A stretch of DNA of 63,791 nucleotides, filler included, from Octopus bimaculoides (Eukaryota), in NCBI RefSeq assembly GCF_001194135.2. It is 6 parts of 5 records of this genome, joined end to end, with 100 filler letters (N's around TTAATTAATTAA, not from the genome) between each part and the next. Parts side by side here need not be neighbours in the genome. Positions count along the whole stretch, not along the records: positions 8,530 to 15,523 come from NC_068984.1; positions 15,624 to 39,515 come from NC_068986.1; 4 more parts are not named here. One strand, 5' to 3'. Shown piece by piece: positions 12,366 through 24,829 of the stretch; positions within the stretch are counted from its first letter, which is position 1, and each line of letters starts with the position of its first letter. The position numbers and the translations under genes were made by a program. The notes under the pieces were generated by a model. That model saw only the letters and a list, made by a program, of their open reading frames with translations, searched no databases and was not told where the DNA came from.

Positions 12366-12528
12366 ATACTAAAGACAGAGGTAAATGAGAAGTTAAAATG
12401 AATCTCTCTGAATGACAACCGTTGTATAGTTACCAACCCCTTCCATTTCACTGAGTTACAATTCTTCTTTTTATCCTTTTAAATTCTAAGATTAATACAT
12501 ATTTGCTTCTCTCGTCTTTTATACGTAG

Positions 12529-12559
12529 AATTTGAAAACTGGCAAGGGAAAGAATTCAG
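12529..12559 (+). CDS. Candidate 31-nt internal exon of an unidentified host gene
   Basis: Long polypyrimidine tract ending TTGCTTCTCTCGTCTTTTATACGTAG, then AATTTGAAAACTGGCAAGGGAAAGAATTCAG, then GTATTT. Two frames are open (xFENWQGKEFx or NLKTGKGKNS). Unconfirmed. Confidence 0.3.
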
Positions 12560-12706
12560 GTATTTGCTACAGAGTTATTTCCCTTGCATTGATTATTACG
12601 ATTTCAATTTTAACCATGTTTTGTTGATTTACACACGCGCCTGAACAGATACACACATACATGTACACATCTGCATGTATGCACACGCACTCACAAACTA
12701 GAAGAA

Positions 12707-12738
<32 letters not shown>

Positions 12739-12976
12739 AGAAGAACAACAACAACAACAGCATTAGCAACAACAACAACTTGTACCATTGTAACAGGTTT
12801 CACTGCTGGACATTTATTTGAAATGTGATTTCGACGCGATACTCCTCTTGAAAGCGTCATATTTGAGGGAAAAGCCTGTCAAAGACTTCTGTTCTCTTGA
12901 AATGTTGCAGAATCATGATTGATGCCAACTCGACAAATTTGAGGAATGTAATGCAATATGATGTAATATGATATAT

Positions 12977-13361
12977 GTTGTTGTTGGCACTCCGTCGCTT
13001 ACGACATCGAGGGTTCCAGTTGATCCGATCAACGGAACAGCCTGCTCGTGAAATTAACGTGCAAGTGGCTGAGCACTCCACAGACACGTGTACCCTTAAC
13101 GTAGTTCTCAGGGATATTCAGCGTGACACAGTGTGACAAGATTGACCCTTTGAATTACAGGCACAACAGAAATAGTAAGTAAGAGTGAGAGAAAGTTGTG
13201 GTGGAAGAGTACAGCAGGGTTCGCCACCATCCCCTGCCGGAGCCTCGTGGAGCTTTAGGTGTTTTCGCTCAATAAACACACACAATGCCCGGTCTGGGAA
13301 TCGAAACCGCAATCCTATGACCGCGAGTCCGCTGCCCTAACCACTGGGCCATTGCGCCTTC
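12977..13361 (-). mobile_element. SINE-A (tRNA-derived, ~385 bp), full length
   Basis: Head with A box TGGCCCAGTGG and B-box-like GGTTTCGATTCCC; 3' hairpin and (AAC)n tail; 11-bp TSD AATATGATATA (12965-12975 and 13362-13372). Confidence 0.92.
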
Positions 13362-13585
13362 AATATGATATAATATACTACATAATGGACTCTCCCGTCG
13401 GAGATGACTTCTAAGCGTTCAGATTTTGCCGAACGACCTACACCAAAGATTTGTTTATGGTGATCATTTGCTTGCGTTGTACATTAGCTCACTCCCTCCG
13501 TCAAATCGGGTGAGGTGAGAGGTGATCGCAGAGCAACGTTAGATGAAGTGTTTTGCTCAAGAACACAACGCATCATAGTATGATG

Positions 13586-13700
13586 TGTATATTAATAAAA
13601 GCGAAATTCTGTCTGTCCGTCTGGGACCCCTGTATCCCAGTCTACATTTGCTCTTCATAGATACATACCTTTTTAGAATCAGGATGATCCCGGGATTGAA
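13586..13700 (+). mobile_element. Probable Helitron-type non-autonomous 5' end
   Basis: T(G)TATATTAATAAAAGCGAAATTCTGTCTGTC resembles typical TC-TATA..AAA Helitron starts followed by (CTGT)n. Confidence 0.4.
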
Positions 13701-13875
13701 AAATCTGCCTTTCATTTAGTTCTTGAACATCCAGCATTAGGACCTGATTTAAAAGCATTTGGGTTGCTATTTCTAGCAGGTAAAGCGATCGTGGGAGGTT
13801 TCATGCCATAGTGTTACTGAGATAGGCGAACAAGAGTTACCTCCCTTAGCTTAAAGTTTTACTAAGGAATTTAGT

Positions 13876-14090
13876 GGTTCTTTTATCTTTTTCAGTCATC
13901 AGACTGTAACCATGCTGGGCTCCACCTTGAAGAATTTTAATCGAACTAATCAAAACCAATTCTTTTTTTTTTATGCCTGGTACTTTTTTATTGACTGCTT
14001 TTCCGAACTGCTAAGTTACGTGAACGTAAACACACCAACACCAGTCATCAAAAGGTGGTGGGGGACAAACACAGACACAAAGACACAACA
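13876..14090 (-). mobile_element. SINE-C 3' half
   Basis: Matches the tails of the full copies at 31283 and 38428. Confidence 0.8.
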
Positions 14091-14147
14091 GATAGATAGA
14101 TAGATATATAGATAGATAGATATATAGATAGATAGATAGATAGATAA

Positions 14148-14620
14148 TCTTCTATAATAATAACAACTGAGTTTCTTAACACTTCAGATCCACCTGGAAT
14201 TTTTTCTCACAAACTGACATTGAAGAAAGGAGTGCCAATCATGCTTTTGAGAAATCTGGATCTTCTAAAGTATTTATTGGAACAAGACTGATTGTCGGGC
14301 AAATACATCCACATCCTTTGGAAGCAACAATACTCACTGGACAAGGAAAGGGAGAAAATGTGTTTATTCCACTGATTCCAGTAGACTTGCCCTTTAAATT
14401 CAAGAGACTTCAATTTCCAAGAGAGTTAGTTTTGCAATATCAATTAACAAGATTCGAAGATAATGACTGAAAATTGTTGGACATCACCTCATGCAGCAGT
14501 GCTTTTCTCGGGGTCAGCTCTATGTTGGTCGTTCCAGAGTTGGAAATAGCAACAATTTCTTCATACTCACACCAAATAGTAAAAACAAGAATACTGTTTA
14601 CAGTGATCTCCAAATGTCAC
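14148..14620 (+). mobile_element. Helitron RepHel PIF1-helicase C-terminal pseudogene fragment
   Basis: Frameshifted translation TEFLNTSDPPGIFSHKLTLKKGVPIMLLRNLD / GTRLIV / FKRLQFP / FAISINK / CFSRGQLYVGRSRV (PIF1 motifs V-VI). Starts A|TCTTCTATAATAATAA. Confidence 0.9.
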
Positions 14621-15623
14621 AGTGTTACAAAAATCTCCAAATGTGATACTCTGTGATATAGATCTGAGACGGTAAGATTAGGATACCAATAAATGCTTTA
14701 TTATTATTTCCGTCTTTAGTTTTGGGACGTAGGCCCAATTAGCCTTCCGCAGGAGCCAGCTTAAAAGTTCGCACGGAGTTCGACCGATCGCCAAATTATG
14801 CTTGATTTTAGAAGAAGACAAGTAATTAGATAGATTTGTATCTATACCTATTATCAGATTTTGCTAGGGCTCCATATGGTAAAGATGTGGATAGGGAAAA
14901 TGTGGGTAGAGGGTGATGTTCTAGCAGCCCTCTCCCTTTACTGTTTTACAAAGTAAACAACAACACAGATAACTACGCAGAGGCAGCCATGGTTGAAACA
15001 AGAGCAAGAACAAGCATTATTAAAAGAGAAAAGAGGTATGGTCATTCCTTACCCAAGTTACTTCATCTTATCGCCTGACTTGGTGAAAATCATCAAACTT
15101 TAAACCTCTATAACTTTTTAAAACATTTTTTCTGGAAAAAATAAAATAACTCCAGCAATTCAGTTTGGGCAAGTGTATTATTGTGCCAACGTCGGAGTAA
15201 TCAGTAAACATCGAAGGATCAACACCAAGAAGGAAGAAATATTATTTACATATATTTATTCGTTTGCCCGACAGGTAATTAGAGACAGTTTAATTTTTTT
15301 TTTTGTTTTTTTGTTTTTCGATAGTAATAAAAAGGTTGATGTCTGCCAGTAGAGAGAGAAAGAGTAAGAAATGCACGGTGCTGACTAGAAAGGAAGAAAG
15401 TATAACGGTGGCTCTGCTCTGATTGGCTTGTAGTGACCCCAGGCAGGAAAGCAAAATAAAAAAGGGATATAACAAGAGTAATCTCCCTCGACCTTCTCGA
15501 AAATTCTCGAATATTCTAGAAGCNNNNNNNNNNNNNNNNNNNNNNNNNNNNNNNNNNNNNNNNNNNNTTAATTAATTAANNNNNNNNNNNNNNNNNNNNN
15601 NNNNNNNNNNNNNNNNNNNNNNN

Positions 15624-15823
15624 TGGCTCGACACCATCACGGTGACGTCGTCGGCATAGGCAGACACGCTCTTTCCACAACCCAAATCGCGCGGGACGCC
15701 CCTCAAAGCCTCCAACTTCCGCAGTAATGGCTCGAGAGTCAATACATATAGAAGGGAGGAGAGAGGACACCCTTGGCGAACCGAACGCGAGATGTTGAAC
15801 GGTTCCGATAGATGGCCGTTCAA
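15624..15823 (-). mobile_element. L1/Tx1-type LINE reverse transcriptase fragment
   Basis: SRSVRQGCPLSSLLYVLTLEPLLRKL...SAYADDVTV; truncated by a gap. Confidence 0.9.
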
Positions 15824-15851
15824 TAATAATAATAATAATAATGAAAATGAG

Positions 15852-16067
15852 TCTTTTTAAATTTTGACACAAGGCCTGTAAATTTGAGGGCAGGGGCAAG
15901 TCGATTACATCGACCTCTGTGTTTGACTGGTACTTATCTTATTGACCCCAAAAGAGTGAAGACAAAGTTGATCCCGGAGTGATTTGAACGCTGAAAATAA
16001 AAAAAAGCTGGACAAATGTCACTTACCGTCTTGATTCATGAAGCTAACGACTGTGCAGTCCGCTGCC
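15852..16067 (-). mobile_element. SINE-B (followed by further partial pieces to ~16215)
   Basis: Same core and tail as the other SINE-B copies. Confidence 0.75.
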
Positions 16068-16344
16068 TTTTTTAAATAACTGTTTCGATGGCATTTAAAC
16101 TCAGAACGTAAAGAACCCAAACAAGTGCATTTTTTCTGGCGCTCTAACATCTCTACCGGCTCACCACCTCAATAATGGTTTCTGATTTAGGTATGAGACC
16201 AGCAGCTTTGATAACCCTGAACATCAAAGGTAGTCCTATATACCCTTTTTGTTTTCGCCATTCTCACCCATCCTCGAGGATAACACCTTCCTCCTCATCT
16301 TTACTTCCTTTTCAAGTTGCAACTCGAAAAAAAAAAAAAAAAAC

Positions 16345-17040
16345 GACGCGGGCTCTACTATAGACGAACTTTTCTGTCTACATACCTTCTATCTTCGTCC
16401 GTCATGCAGTCTCTTTCGCTGTAGCCACCAGACAGAAGAAAACTGCTTTCCTTGCCCTGTTAAAATAGGGATGTTGGAAAATCATCCCGATGGATTCGGC
16501 TGATATCCTGATCCGTCTCTGCTTACACGTGAGAGTATCTGACATAACTGCACAAGGCAGCAATACCCGGATACTGAACGAATACGTGTAGAACAGTTTC
16601 ATCGCTCTGTGCGCTTCTCGGACAGGCTGGTCTGACAGTACTTATGTAAATGTAGAATTTATTTCAAACTGGTAGCACTCCTTTATAGCGTTGGATGGCC
16701 AAGGACTTCTGAAAATAATTCACAGTAGTCCCAACCTGAAAGTCTTGCGGAAACGACCAGCTAGTTCGATTCTGTCGACGCCCAGAGTTTCTCCGAGAAC
16801 ATCATCAATCTTTTTCGCAACAAATCCATTAAAGACTGCTAAACTCGGCTGAGATGTTCTATATCTGAAAAATCGCTTTCCTTAGTGAATTACGACTACT
16901 TAATAAACTTTTAGGTGAACCTACACGGTCACTCGATATGCTTCACCTACCAGCCACGACTAGCTGTCTGGACAACTTTCTGTGTATCAGCGGACTGTTC
17001 CTTCATAACTGATCTGGGTCGACTATATTAGTGATAAATT
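16345..17040 (-). mobile_element. L1/Tx1-type LINE ORF2 C-terminal fragment
   Basis: Minus strand gives PACPRSAQSDETVLHVFVQY (degenerate CCHC knuckle), homologous to 20521-20600. Confidence 0.75.
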
Positions 17041-17806
17041 AGACAAAATTTTAAAGAAAAGTGTAATTTCACAGTCCAAGGGAAATAACTCAAAAAGGTT
17101 TTATGCAAGAGTTCTTTCCCTGAAAAATTGCTTCCCTTAGTAAATTACNNNNNNNNNNNNNNNNNNNNNNNNNNNNNNNNNNNNNNNNNNNNNNNNNNNN
17201 NNNNNNNNNNNNNNNNNNNNNNNNNNNNNNNNNNNNNNNNNNNNNNNNNNNNNNNNNNNNNNNNNNNNNNNNNNNNNNNNNNNNNNNNNNNNNNNNNNNN
17301 NNNNNNNNNNNNNNNNNNNNNNNNNNNNNNNNNNNNNNNNNNNNNNNNNNNNNNNNNNNNNNNNNNNNNNNNNNNNNNNNNNNNNNNNNNNNNNNNNNNN
17401 NNNNNNNNNNNNNNNNNNNNNNNNNNNNNNNNNNNNNNNNNNNNNNNNNNNNNNNNNNNNNNNNNNNNNNNNNNNNNNNNNNNNNNNNNNNNNNNNNNNN
17501 NNNNNNNNNNNNNNNNNNNNNNNNNNNNNNNNNNNNNNNNNNNNNNNNNNNNNNNNNNNNNNNNNNNNNNNNNNNNNNNNNNNNNNNNNNNNNNNNNNNN
17601 NNNNNNNNNNNNNNNNNNNNNNNNNNNNATCATACTACATATATTTTTTAAAGCGTAATCCTTACTCTATCAATCCTTTTGAAACACAGCAAAGTTATGA
17701 GAACGTAAACAAACCAGCACTTGTTGTCAAGCGACATTTGACACAAACATAAAAACAGACACACACACATAGATACACTCGTAACGTATATAATGCGCTA
17801 CGTGCC

Positions 17807-17839
<33 letters not shown>

Positions 17840-17841
<2 letters not shown>

Positions 17842-18420
17842 TTTCATGAGTAACAATTTAAAGTTTGAAGCTGTTGAATTTGTTCTACTTTTTAAGATTT
17901 ATTTTCTAAATAATTCAACACGAGCTGGAGTCATTCTGCTTATTTTTTTGTCTCTGTATTTGCCTCATAATGTTTAATGAAGCAATTTGAAGTTTTCTAG
18001 AGTAACCAATTGTGCTTCTACTTCCACACGATTTAGCTGTTCTGTTTGTCTTTTGGCATTTGAAAGTTTATTCTGCTTTATTAACATTTAACTAACGTTT
18101 TAATATTCATAAATTTTGACGATATGTCGTGCATTGCAACTTTTGTAAGAGATTTCTTCATAATTGTAGCTCGAACAGTTCTTTTGAAGTAAGTTGTTAC
18201 CATACTATAGAACAATGACATTCAAGTTCGATTGGATTTTTTTCCCCACTAAGACCAATAAAAATCTTTCTCGTTAAATTTTCCAAGTTCCCACTTACTT
18301 GCTAGAGTTCTGTTTATATTTTTTATTGTATTCGGAAGTTCATTTTGCTATCTTTATTATCTCATAATGTTTTAATGTTCATGAATTCGGATGATTCGCT
18401 CAACATCGCAACAGTCATAA
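17840..18420 (-). mobile_element. Possible pogo/Tigger-like transposase remnant, highly degraded
   Basis: Only patchy similarity to CENP-B HTH/DDE N-terminal motifs; many stops. Confidence 0.3.
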
Positions 18421-18748
18421 GAAATTTCGTTGCTACTATAGGGTGCAGTCTACCGCAGTATCTGTTGTCTACGCTGTGAAATGACCTGACCTGGGTTATG
18501 CTTAGGGTTAGGGTTAGGAACATTTTGAAATTACAGATTGAAAATTCAGAATGCTAAGCTTCTCCTCATGGCTACACAAGAAATGCTATTCTTCATGAAC
18601 TTCTGCAGTGAATCATACATGTGTAGTATTTAGGGAGTGATAAATTTTCTTATTTTCCTGTTATTTTGGGATTTTTATTTACTTCCTCATCCTCTAATTA
18701 TCAACTTTCATCGGGTAACTTTCTCATTACTGACAGCTCGGGTACTGT

Positions 18749-18813
<65 letters not shown>

Positions 18814-19011
18814 CAAAGAAATTAAAAACCAAGATGACGAATGACTAATAAATTTTGTATTCCCTTTTCATTTTAATTTCTTGTTACTGTTCTATACTCG
18901 ACTGACACTTTGTTCTAAAACACATGTATATTGAGTTCTAACACCAGTATCGCTATGCTTAAGCGAAACAACAACAACAAAAACAACAACAACAACAACA
19001 ACAGCAACAAC

Positions 19012-19067
<56 letters not shown>

Positions 19068-19076
19068 TCACTCAAA

Positions 19077-20040
19077 CAGGGTGTATTCCAGAAAGTTTGA
19101 GACTTTTTCTTTAGGAGAGGCAGTTATAAATGTCCTAGATTATTGTAATTTTAATATCTTATTACTGTACATCTAGTAAGATTTCCTGCCAACATTTTTG
19201 TGATTCCACATTGAACGAGACGGCTGTAATAGTACTTCGAACAATCCCGACTAAACATTGCTTGTAACAATTGACTAGTTTGTTAATGCAGTGGGGATGT
19301 GACGATAGTTTGGAAGTTCGCTATGCAATAAAGTTTCGTGTTAAAGTGGGCAAAACTCAACAGATACTTATGAAATTCTCCAGACTGTTCATAGATTAAC
19401 TTGTAAGAGCCGAACATCTGTTTTTCGCTGGCACAAGAAGTTCAAGGTCCGTAGAGATGAGGTGAGAGATGAGGTGAGAGATGATGAGAGGTAGGGGAGA
19501 GAGAGGGACGTCAGAACATCAGAGCTGGTTGAAAAATTTCGCAATTTTCTGGATGAAGACATTACGGATGCTCTGTGACGAACAGAAGGAAAGACGCATT
19601 GGTGACAGCTGGGAGGTAGTTGAGCTCATTATCTCCAATCCAAGAATACTTGAGTCTCTGGTGACTTGTGACCAAACCTGAATCTACTTCTATGGTCCAG
19701 AAACCCAAGAAAGCCAGGCAAAGCAAGACCACATGGAAGCTCCACTTTTCGACAGAAAGCCATTGGGTTCCCTCTGGCCAGACGGTCAACAAAGAGTATT
19801 TTGTGGAGGTTTTCAGGGAGTTCAGGAAGATTTCTTCGCAAAAGGCCAGGGATCTTCCTCTTGGAACGGTGACACCTGCACAATCTACCAGACTATAATT
19901 CTACAGGACAATCTACCAGTCTATAATTCTATCCTGGTAAAGAACTACTTAACAGAGGTGGGCATCAAAACTGCTCTTCATCTTCCCTACAATCCAAACC
20001 TTGCTCTCTATGACTTTTGATAGTTCCCCATTTGAAGACA
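19077..20040 (+). mobile_element. mariner (DD34D) transposon remnant
   Basis: Starts CAGGGTGTATTCCAGAAAGT. Motifs YAIKF, SVFRWHKKFK, LVTCDQT(W)IY and LQDNLPVY...HLPYNPNLALYDF (34 aa D to D). Confidence 0.9.
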
Positions 20041-20199
20041 TTGAGTAGATGGCGGAGAAATGTTCTATGACAAGCGAATGTCAATTTAATATTCCCGCTA
20101 CACCTTTCATTTTGTATTTTAGACACTTAATTTTAGTATTAGATGTAACTTGTTGAAGAACTAGCTTTTAATATATTTTTTCTAATTTCCCATTCTTTC

Positions 20200-20520
20200 T
20201 ACCTTTCAGATACCGATCTTTCAAGTTTTGTCGCACCAGTTCTGCAAACAGCTTAACTTTTTGTAAAATTCCTATTCAATTCTCTTTATTTTCCAAGGAC
20301 CGTTGTCAACTACTGACACTTTTTAACTGTTCACTTCCCCACCGACCGCCAATAACTTCTCCCTTCTCTATTACCATCACTTCTCCGTCTACTACCTACT
20401 ATTCCCCCTTTCTCCGTCGATTCATTTAAGTTGTTTACTTACCAACACTGTTAACCTTTTCTGTTCTTATACTCTGAGTGCTTGAGTATTTTCATTATTC
20501 GGCATAGAAATGACGTTAGC
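20200..20520 (+). mobile_element. Possible Penelope-like pseudo-LTR remnant with a decayed hammerhead-like motif
   Basis: C-rich tract ending CTCTGAG-TGCTTGA...TTCGGCA-TAGAAA-TGACGTTA; core incomplete. Confidence 0.3.
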
Positions 20521-20915
20521 CAGACCTGTCCAGAATGCGCGCAGAGCGACGAAACTGACCTACACGTGCTCGTTCAGTGTCTGAGCATTGCTGACTTATA
20601 GAGCTTTGTTCAGCTCTAGAATGTATCTGGCTATTAACCAAGTTCATTGTGAAGGCTACCCTCACCGAGTTCCATTGGTTGAGAAGGTAGGCTATTTCCT
20701 TTGTCTAGCAACTTTTGGGAAGAGATTGTGTTGTGGACACAACAGAAAGTACCGAAGACTGACACTTCACTCTTCGGCTGGCCTTTTTGAATTTATTCCC
20801 GGAGAGAAAAGTAAAGTGTGAAGAGGGAAGTGTTCTTCGTTAGTGAATTTGTTGAAAAATAGTTAAAACAGGCAAATATGGCTCATGTGAACCCTAAGCA
20901 TGCCCCTGTGCTGTG
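20516..20915 (+). mobile_element. L1/Tx1-type LINE ORF2 C-terminal fragment
   Basis: CPECAQSDETDLHVLVQC = C-X2-C-X8-H-X4-C zinc knuckle at 20527-20580. Confidence 0.8.
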
Positions 20916-23344
20916 GGGGGGGGGGAGATTGTGAGAAGACACTTGCAATAATAGTCAGTCTACAACAGATTCTGCAGGGTTCTTTAAGTAGTCCTTGATA
21001 GTTTTGAATCTGGGTTTTTTTCATTCGCAAAATATGCATTTCTTAAAAGACTGTTAAAAATCTGAAAATCGGCAATAATGATAAAGTTTTCCAGTCTAAT
21101 TGCTATGAAGGTATGATGTTGTGGAGAAAAAAATTGGACGAAAAAGTTACAGAGGTTCAAAAATCGAAAAATTGTACATTTTTAGCTAATAGCGAGACAA
21201 ATTTTCTGCGTTTAGCGGAGCGGTGTCAACTTTAAGGTTGTACCCTGTGAAATTTATAGTTTAGCGTCTTCATTGTAGGTTTCTAAATAAACAGAAATAC
21301 TTAATTTCATTGTGGGTTTCTAAATAAACAGAAATACCTAATAAAATCAACATGTATCATTTTACTATTTCTTTTGTCTCTTCATTGATTGTATGTTTTT
21401 ATTATTTGTTAAAATTGTTATTAATATATTTGTCTGCATGTGTTTACTTTATGCGTATTTCAGTATTATGTATACCTGTCATGTATTTGTGTACATCATT
21501 AATATATAAGTGCATCATGTGTGTGTGTGTGAGAGAAAAGGGTGCGTCTGTCTCCAAATCTTCAAAGTTGAGTAACGTTTTCATGTTTGGATGTGTAGAC
21601 TACGATAAGAATAACACTGGTCAACAAAGAATTTGTCCCAAGAAAAAGAATACCTGTATCTTATATGTTTTTGCATGCAGAATTCAAATATAATGTCAAA
21701 TTATCTGTTCTAAGTTCACATATTCCATTCACCTTCATAATGTCAAGAAACTATAAATATCGCAAACAACTTTTACCATATATGAAAAATATGTAAAATA
21801 TTAAAACAATTGACGAAAAATATCTATAATAAAATTCTGATTGATAAGTATAAATTTTTATTAAAACAAACAAGCGGGTGAAGTAAATCTCGTGGTGCGA
21901 AGAAACAACACAACGTGCGGTTGTCATGGTAATAAGCTGTTAATGCCACGCTGTCTGTTGATTGGCTAAAATTATCCAAATTTCCCAACTTTAATTCCAA
22001 ATAACACCAGATTCTTTAATTTACAAGATAGAGTAATTGGTTGATCGTAATCAAAATTCAGAGTTGCATTGATACACCAAAATTGAAAGCAATCTGAGCA
22101 AAATTGAAGGGGGATCATTTTGCGAATGAGAAAGACTAGATCCTAGCTTTTTCCCGTATTGGGTACTAATTTTGTCTAGTATTTTTCATTATCTCCTATT
22201 TTTGTTATTTTCTTTTTATTCGTTTTATGTTAATCCTTTCATGGCTGTATCATACTCGTTGTCTTTGAACCNNNNNNNNNNNNNNNNNNNNNNNNNNNNN
22301 NNNNNNNNNNNNNNNNNNNNNNNNNNNNNNNNNNNNNNNNNNNNNNNNNNNNNNNNNNNNNNNNNNNNNNNNNNNNNNNNNNNNNNNNNNNNNNNNNNNN
22401 NNNNNNNNNNNNNNNNNNNNNNNNNNNNNNNNNNNNNNNNNNNNNNNNNNNNNNNNNNNNNNNNNNNNNNNNNNNNNNNNNNNNNNNNNNNNNNNNNNNN
22501 NNNNNNNNNNNNNNNNNNNNNNNNNNNNNNNNNNNNNNNNNNNNNNNNNNNNNNNNNNNNNNNNNNNNNNNNNNNNNNNNNNNNNNNNNNNNNGATTTTT
22601 TTAAAGAAAAACCATTAATTTAACATTTACGAATAAAATACTCCAGTTTAGCCTGATCCAAATTTATTTTGAGATATAAACCATTCTTGTTTTATTTCAA
22701 GCGAAAAGGTTAATAACTGTCTCCCTGATGTTTAGATGACAGTTAAAAAAAAAAATGTTCCGTTGAAGTCATTGCAAATGCATTTTAATCTTCCATGATT
22801 TAGAATAAGCCTCGAAAAAAGCTCCCTTTTTTATTCTCTTTTATGTTGAAAAACAGCGTTCAGGCTCTGATGTCACGAAAATAACAAACACCGGAGATAA
22901 TGAAAAATACTAGCAAATACACCTTTAATACACCTGGATTTTTCTGAATCACCTTTTTCATTATGTCCATGTAAAGAAACTTTGAAATTTCTGCAAAATG
23001 TAATGCAGTTTATTATTTTAAATAAAATTTTAGACTTCACTAAGTTTATCTATGCTTCCGAAAATGGATAGTGAAATCACATTTTCAGTGTGCTTTATGT
23101 TTCTCAGTTGGTTTTCCATTTTGTCTATATTTCTAAAGCCATCTTTTACCCATATTTCGCTGCCTCCAAGCAACAAACATGGAAAATAGAATAATACATT
23201 TTCTACTTCACGAAACCACCCACGGAAAAAACTTTTCGTTAGGTGCCATTCTTAATTAAAGCTACGAATGTAACTCTTAGTGTTGCTTATTACTGGCTGA
23301 GATATTAGAATATCAGACGAAGGACGGCCTCTGGTGTTAATATT

Positions 23345-23760
23345 GATTTCAAATTTTGACACGAGGCCAGCAAGTTAGGGGGAAGGGTCTAGTCGATTAC
23401 ATTGGCCCTAGAACTCAACTGGTACTTATTCTATCGACCCAGAAAGGATGAAAAGTAAAGTCGACCTCGGCGGAATTTGAACTCAGAACGTATAGACGAA
23501 CGAAATGCCGCAAGGCATTTTGCAGGGTGTGCTAACGATTCTGCCAGTTTGCCATCTTCTATTGTCTTGATATTGATTCCAAATTTTGGTAAAAGGCCAG
23601 CAAATACAGTGGGAGGGGATAAATCGGTTATATCAACTCCAGTATTTAACTGGTACTTATTATCGACTCCGAAAGGATGAAAGGCAAAGTCGACCTCAGC
23701 GGAATTTAAACTCAGAACGTAAAGTTAGACAATCATTTCGCCTGGCGTGCTAATGTTTTC
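23345..23760 (-). mobile_element. Two tandem SINE-B copies (23345-23553, 23574-23760)
   Basis: Each has the GGATGAAAGGCAAAGTCGACCTC.GCGGAATTT.AACTCAGAACG core. Confidence 0.85.
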
Positions 23761-24305
23761 TTTTGTCTTAATATTAAATGATTCAAGAGACAACCGTAAA
23801 AAAATTAGCCTGTTAAAGTTCATTCTCTGTCACAAATTGACAAGGAAGCTATGATTATTAACTGAAACTATTCTTTGCAGTCTCTATATGTATGTTATCA
23901 CGTCGCCAATATATTTATCACATTCAAATGCTCTTGACATAGCAGACGATGAATAAGCACCACACAAGATGGTGCATAAACACTACCTCTCAGCGTGATA
24001 AACCAGATCGGCACTGCGTGTACCACAGTACTCTCCCTGCATGCCTCTAGAACATGTGTACATGCGCGTCACAAAGCAAACACTTCGTCATTGCAAGTGT
24101 AAAGTAGACTGTTCAACATACAAGAATCTTTGTTGTTTACTAGGAATGAGACGATGATCATTGGCGTTGAGTTTAAAGATGTTTGGTAATAGTATTTGAT
24201 AACTTAAACAAGTATAAATAGAGCATAAACGTATACAGTATACCCGTGTACACCGGGTGAAAATAGGTAGTTCTGCCCCTCCACAGAACCTATAGACGAG
24301 CAACT

Positions 24306-24382
<77 letters not shown>

Positions 24383-24829
24383 TCCGTATACCTATACATG
24401 CGTACATAAATACATATACATACATACATGCATACATATTTGCATGTATATTAATATTTTCAAATTTGCATAACATGATATTTTCCTATGACCATGCCTC
24501 TACATCTTAAAGCCTAGGTATTTATAAGGTTTCACATACAAATTATATGTATGCATTTATGCATGTATGTGTGTATACATGTGTGTGTGTATACGTGTGT
24601 GTGTATATGTGTGTGTGTGTATGTGCATGTGTGTGTGTGTGTGTGATGTGTTTGGCTATGTATAAGTAACTGACCCAAATACTAGTAGGTAAAGGGCGCA
24701 CACACACACGTTATTTGATCCTGCAGTCATTATTTTTTATAATGCAGTCCTTTTGTATATACGTTATAGATGGTCTCCCTAACTTTTTGGGTAGTTAGCA
24801 CATAAAATCAGTTGTGTAATATCACTTCA

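Noticed and set aside
18502-18518. TTAGGG repeats
   Set aside because: Only two to three units; too short to call an interstitial telomere.
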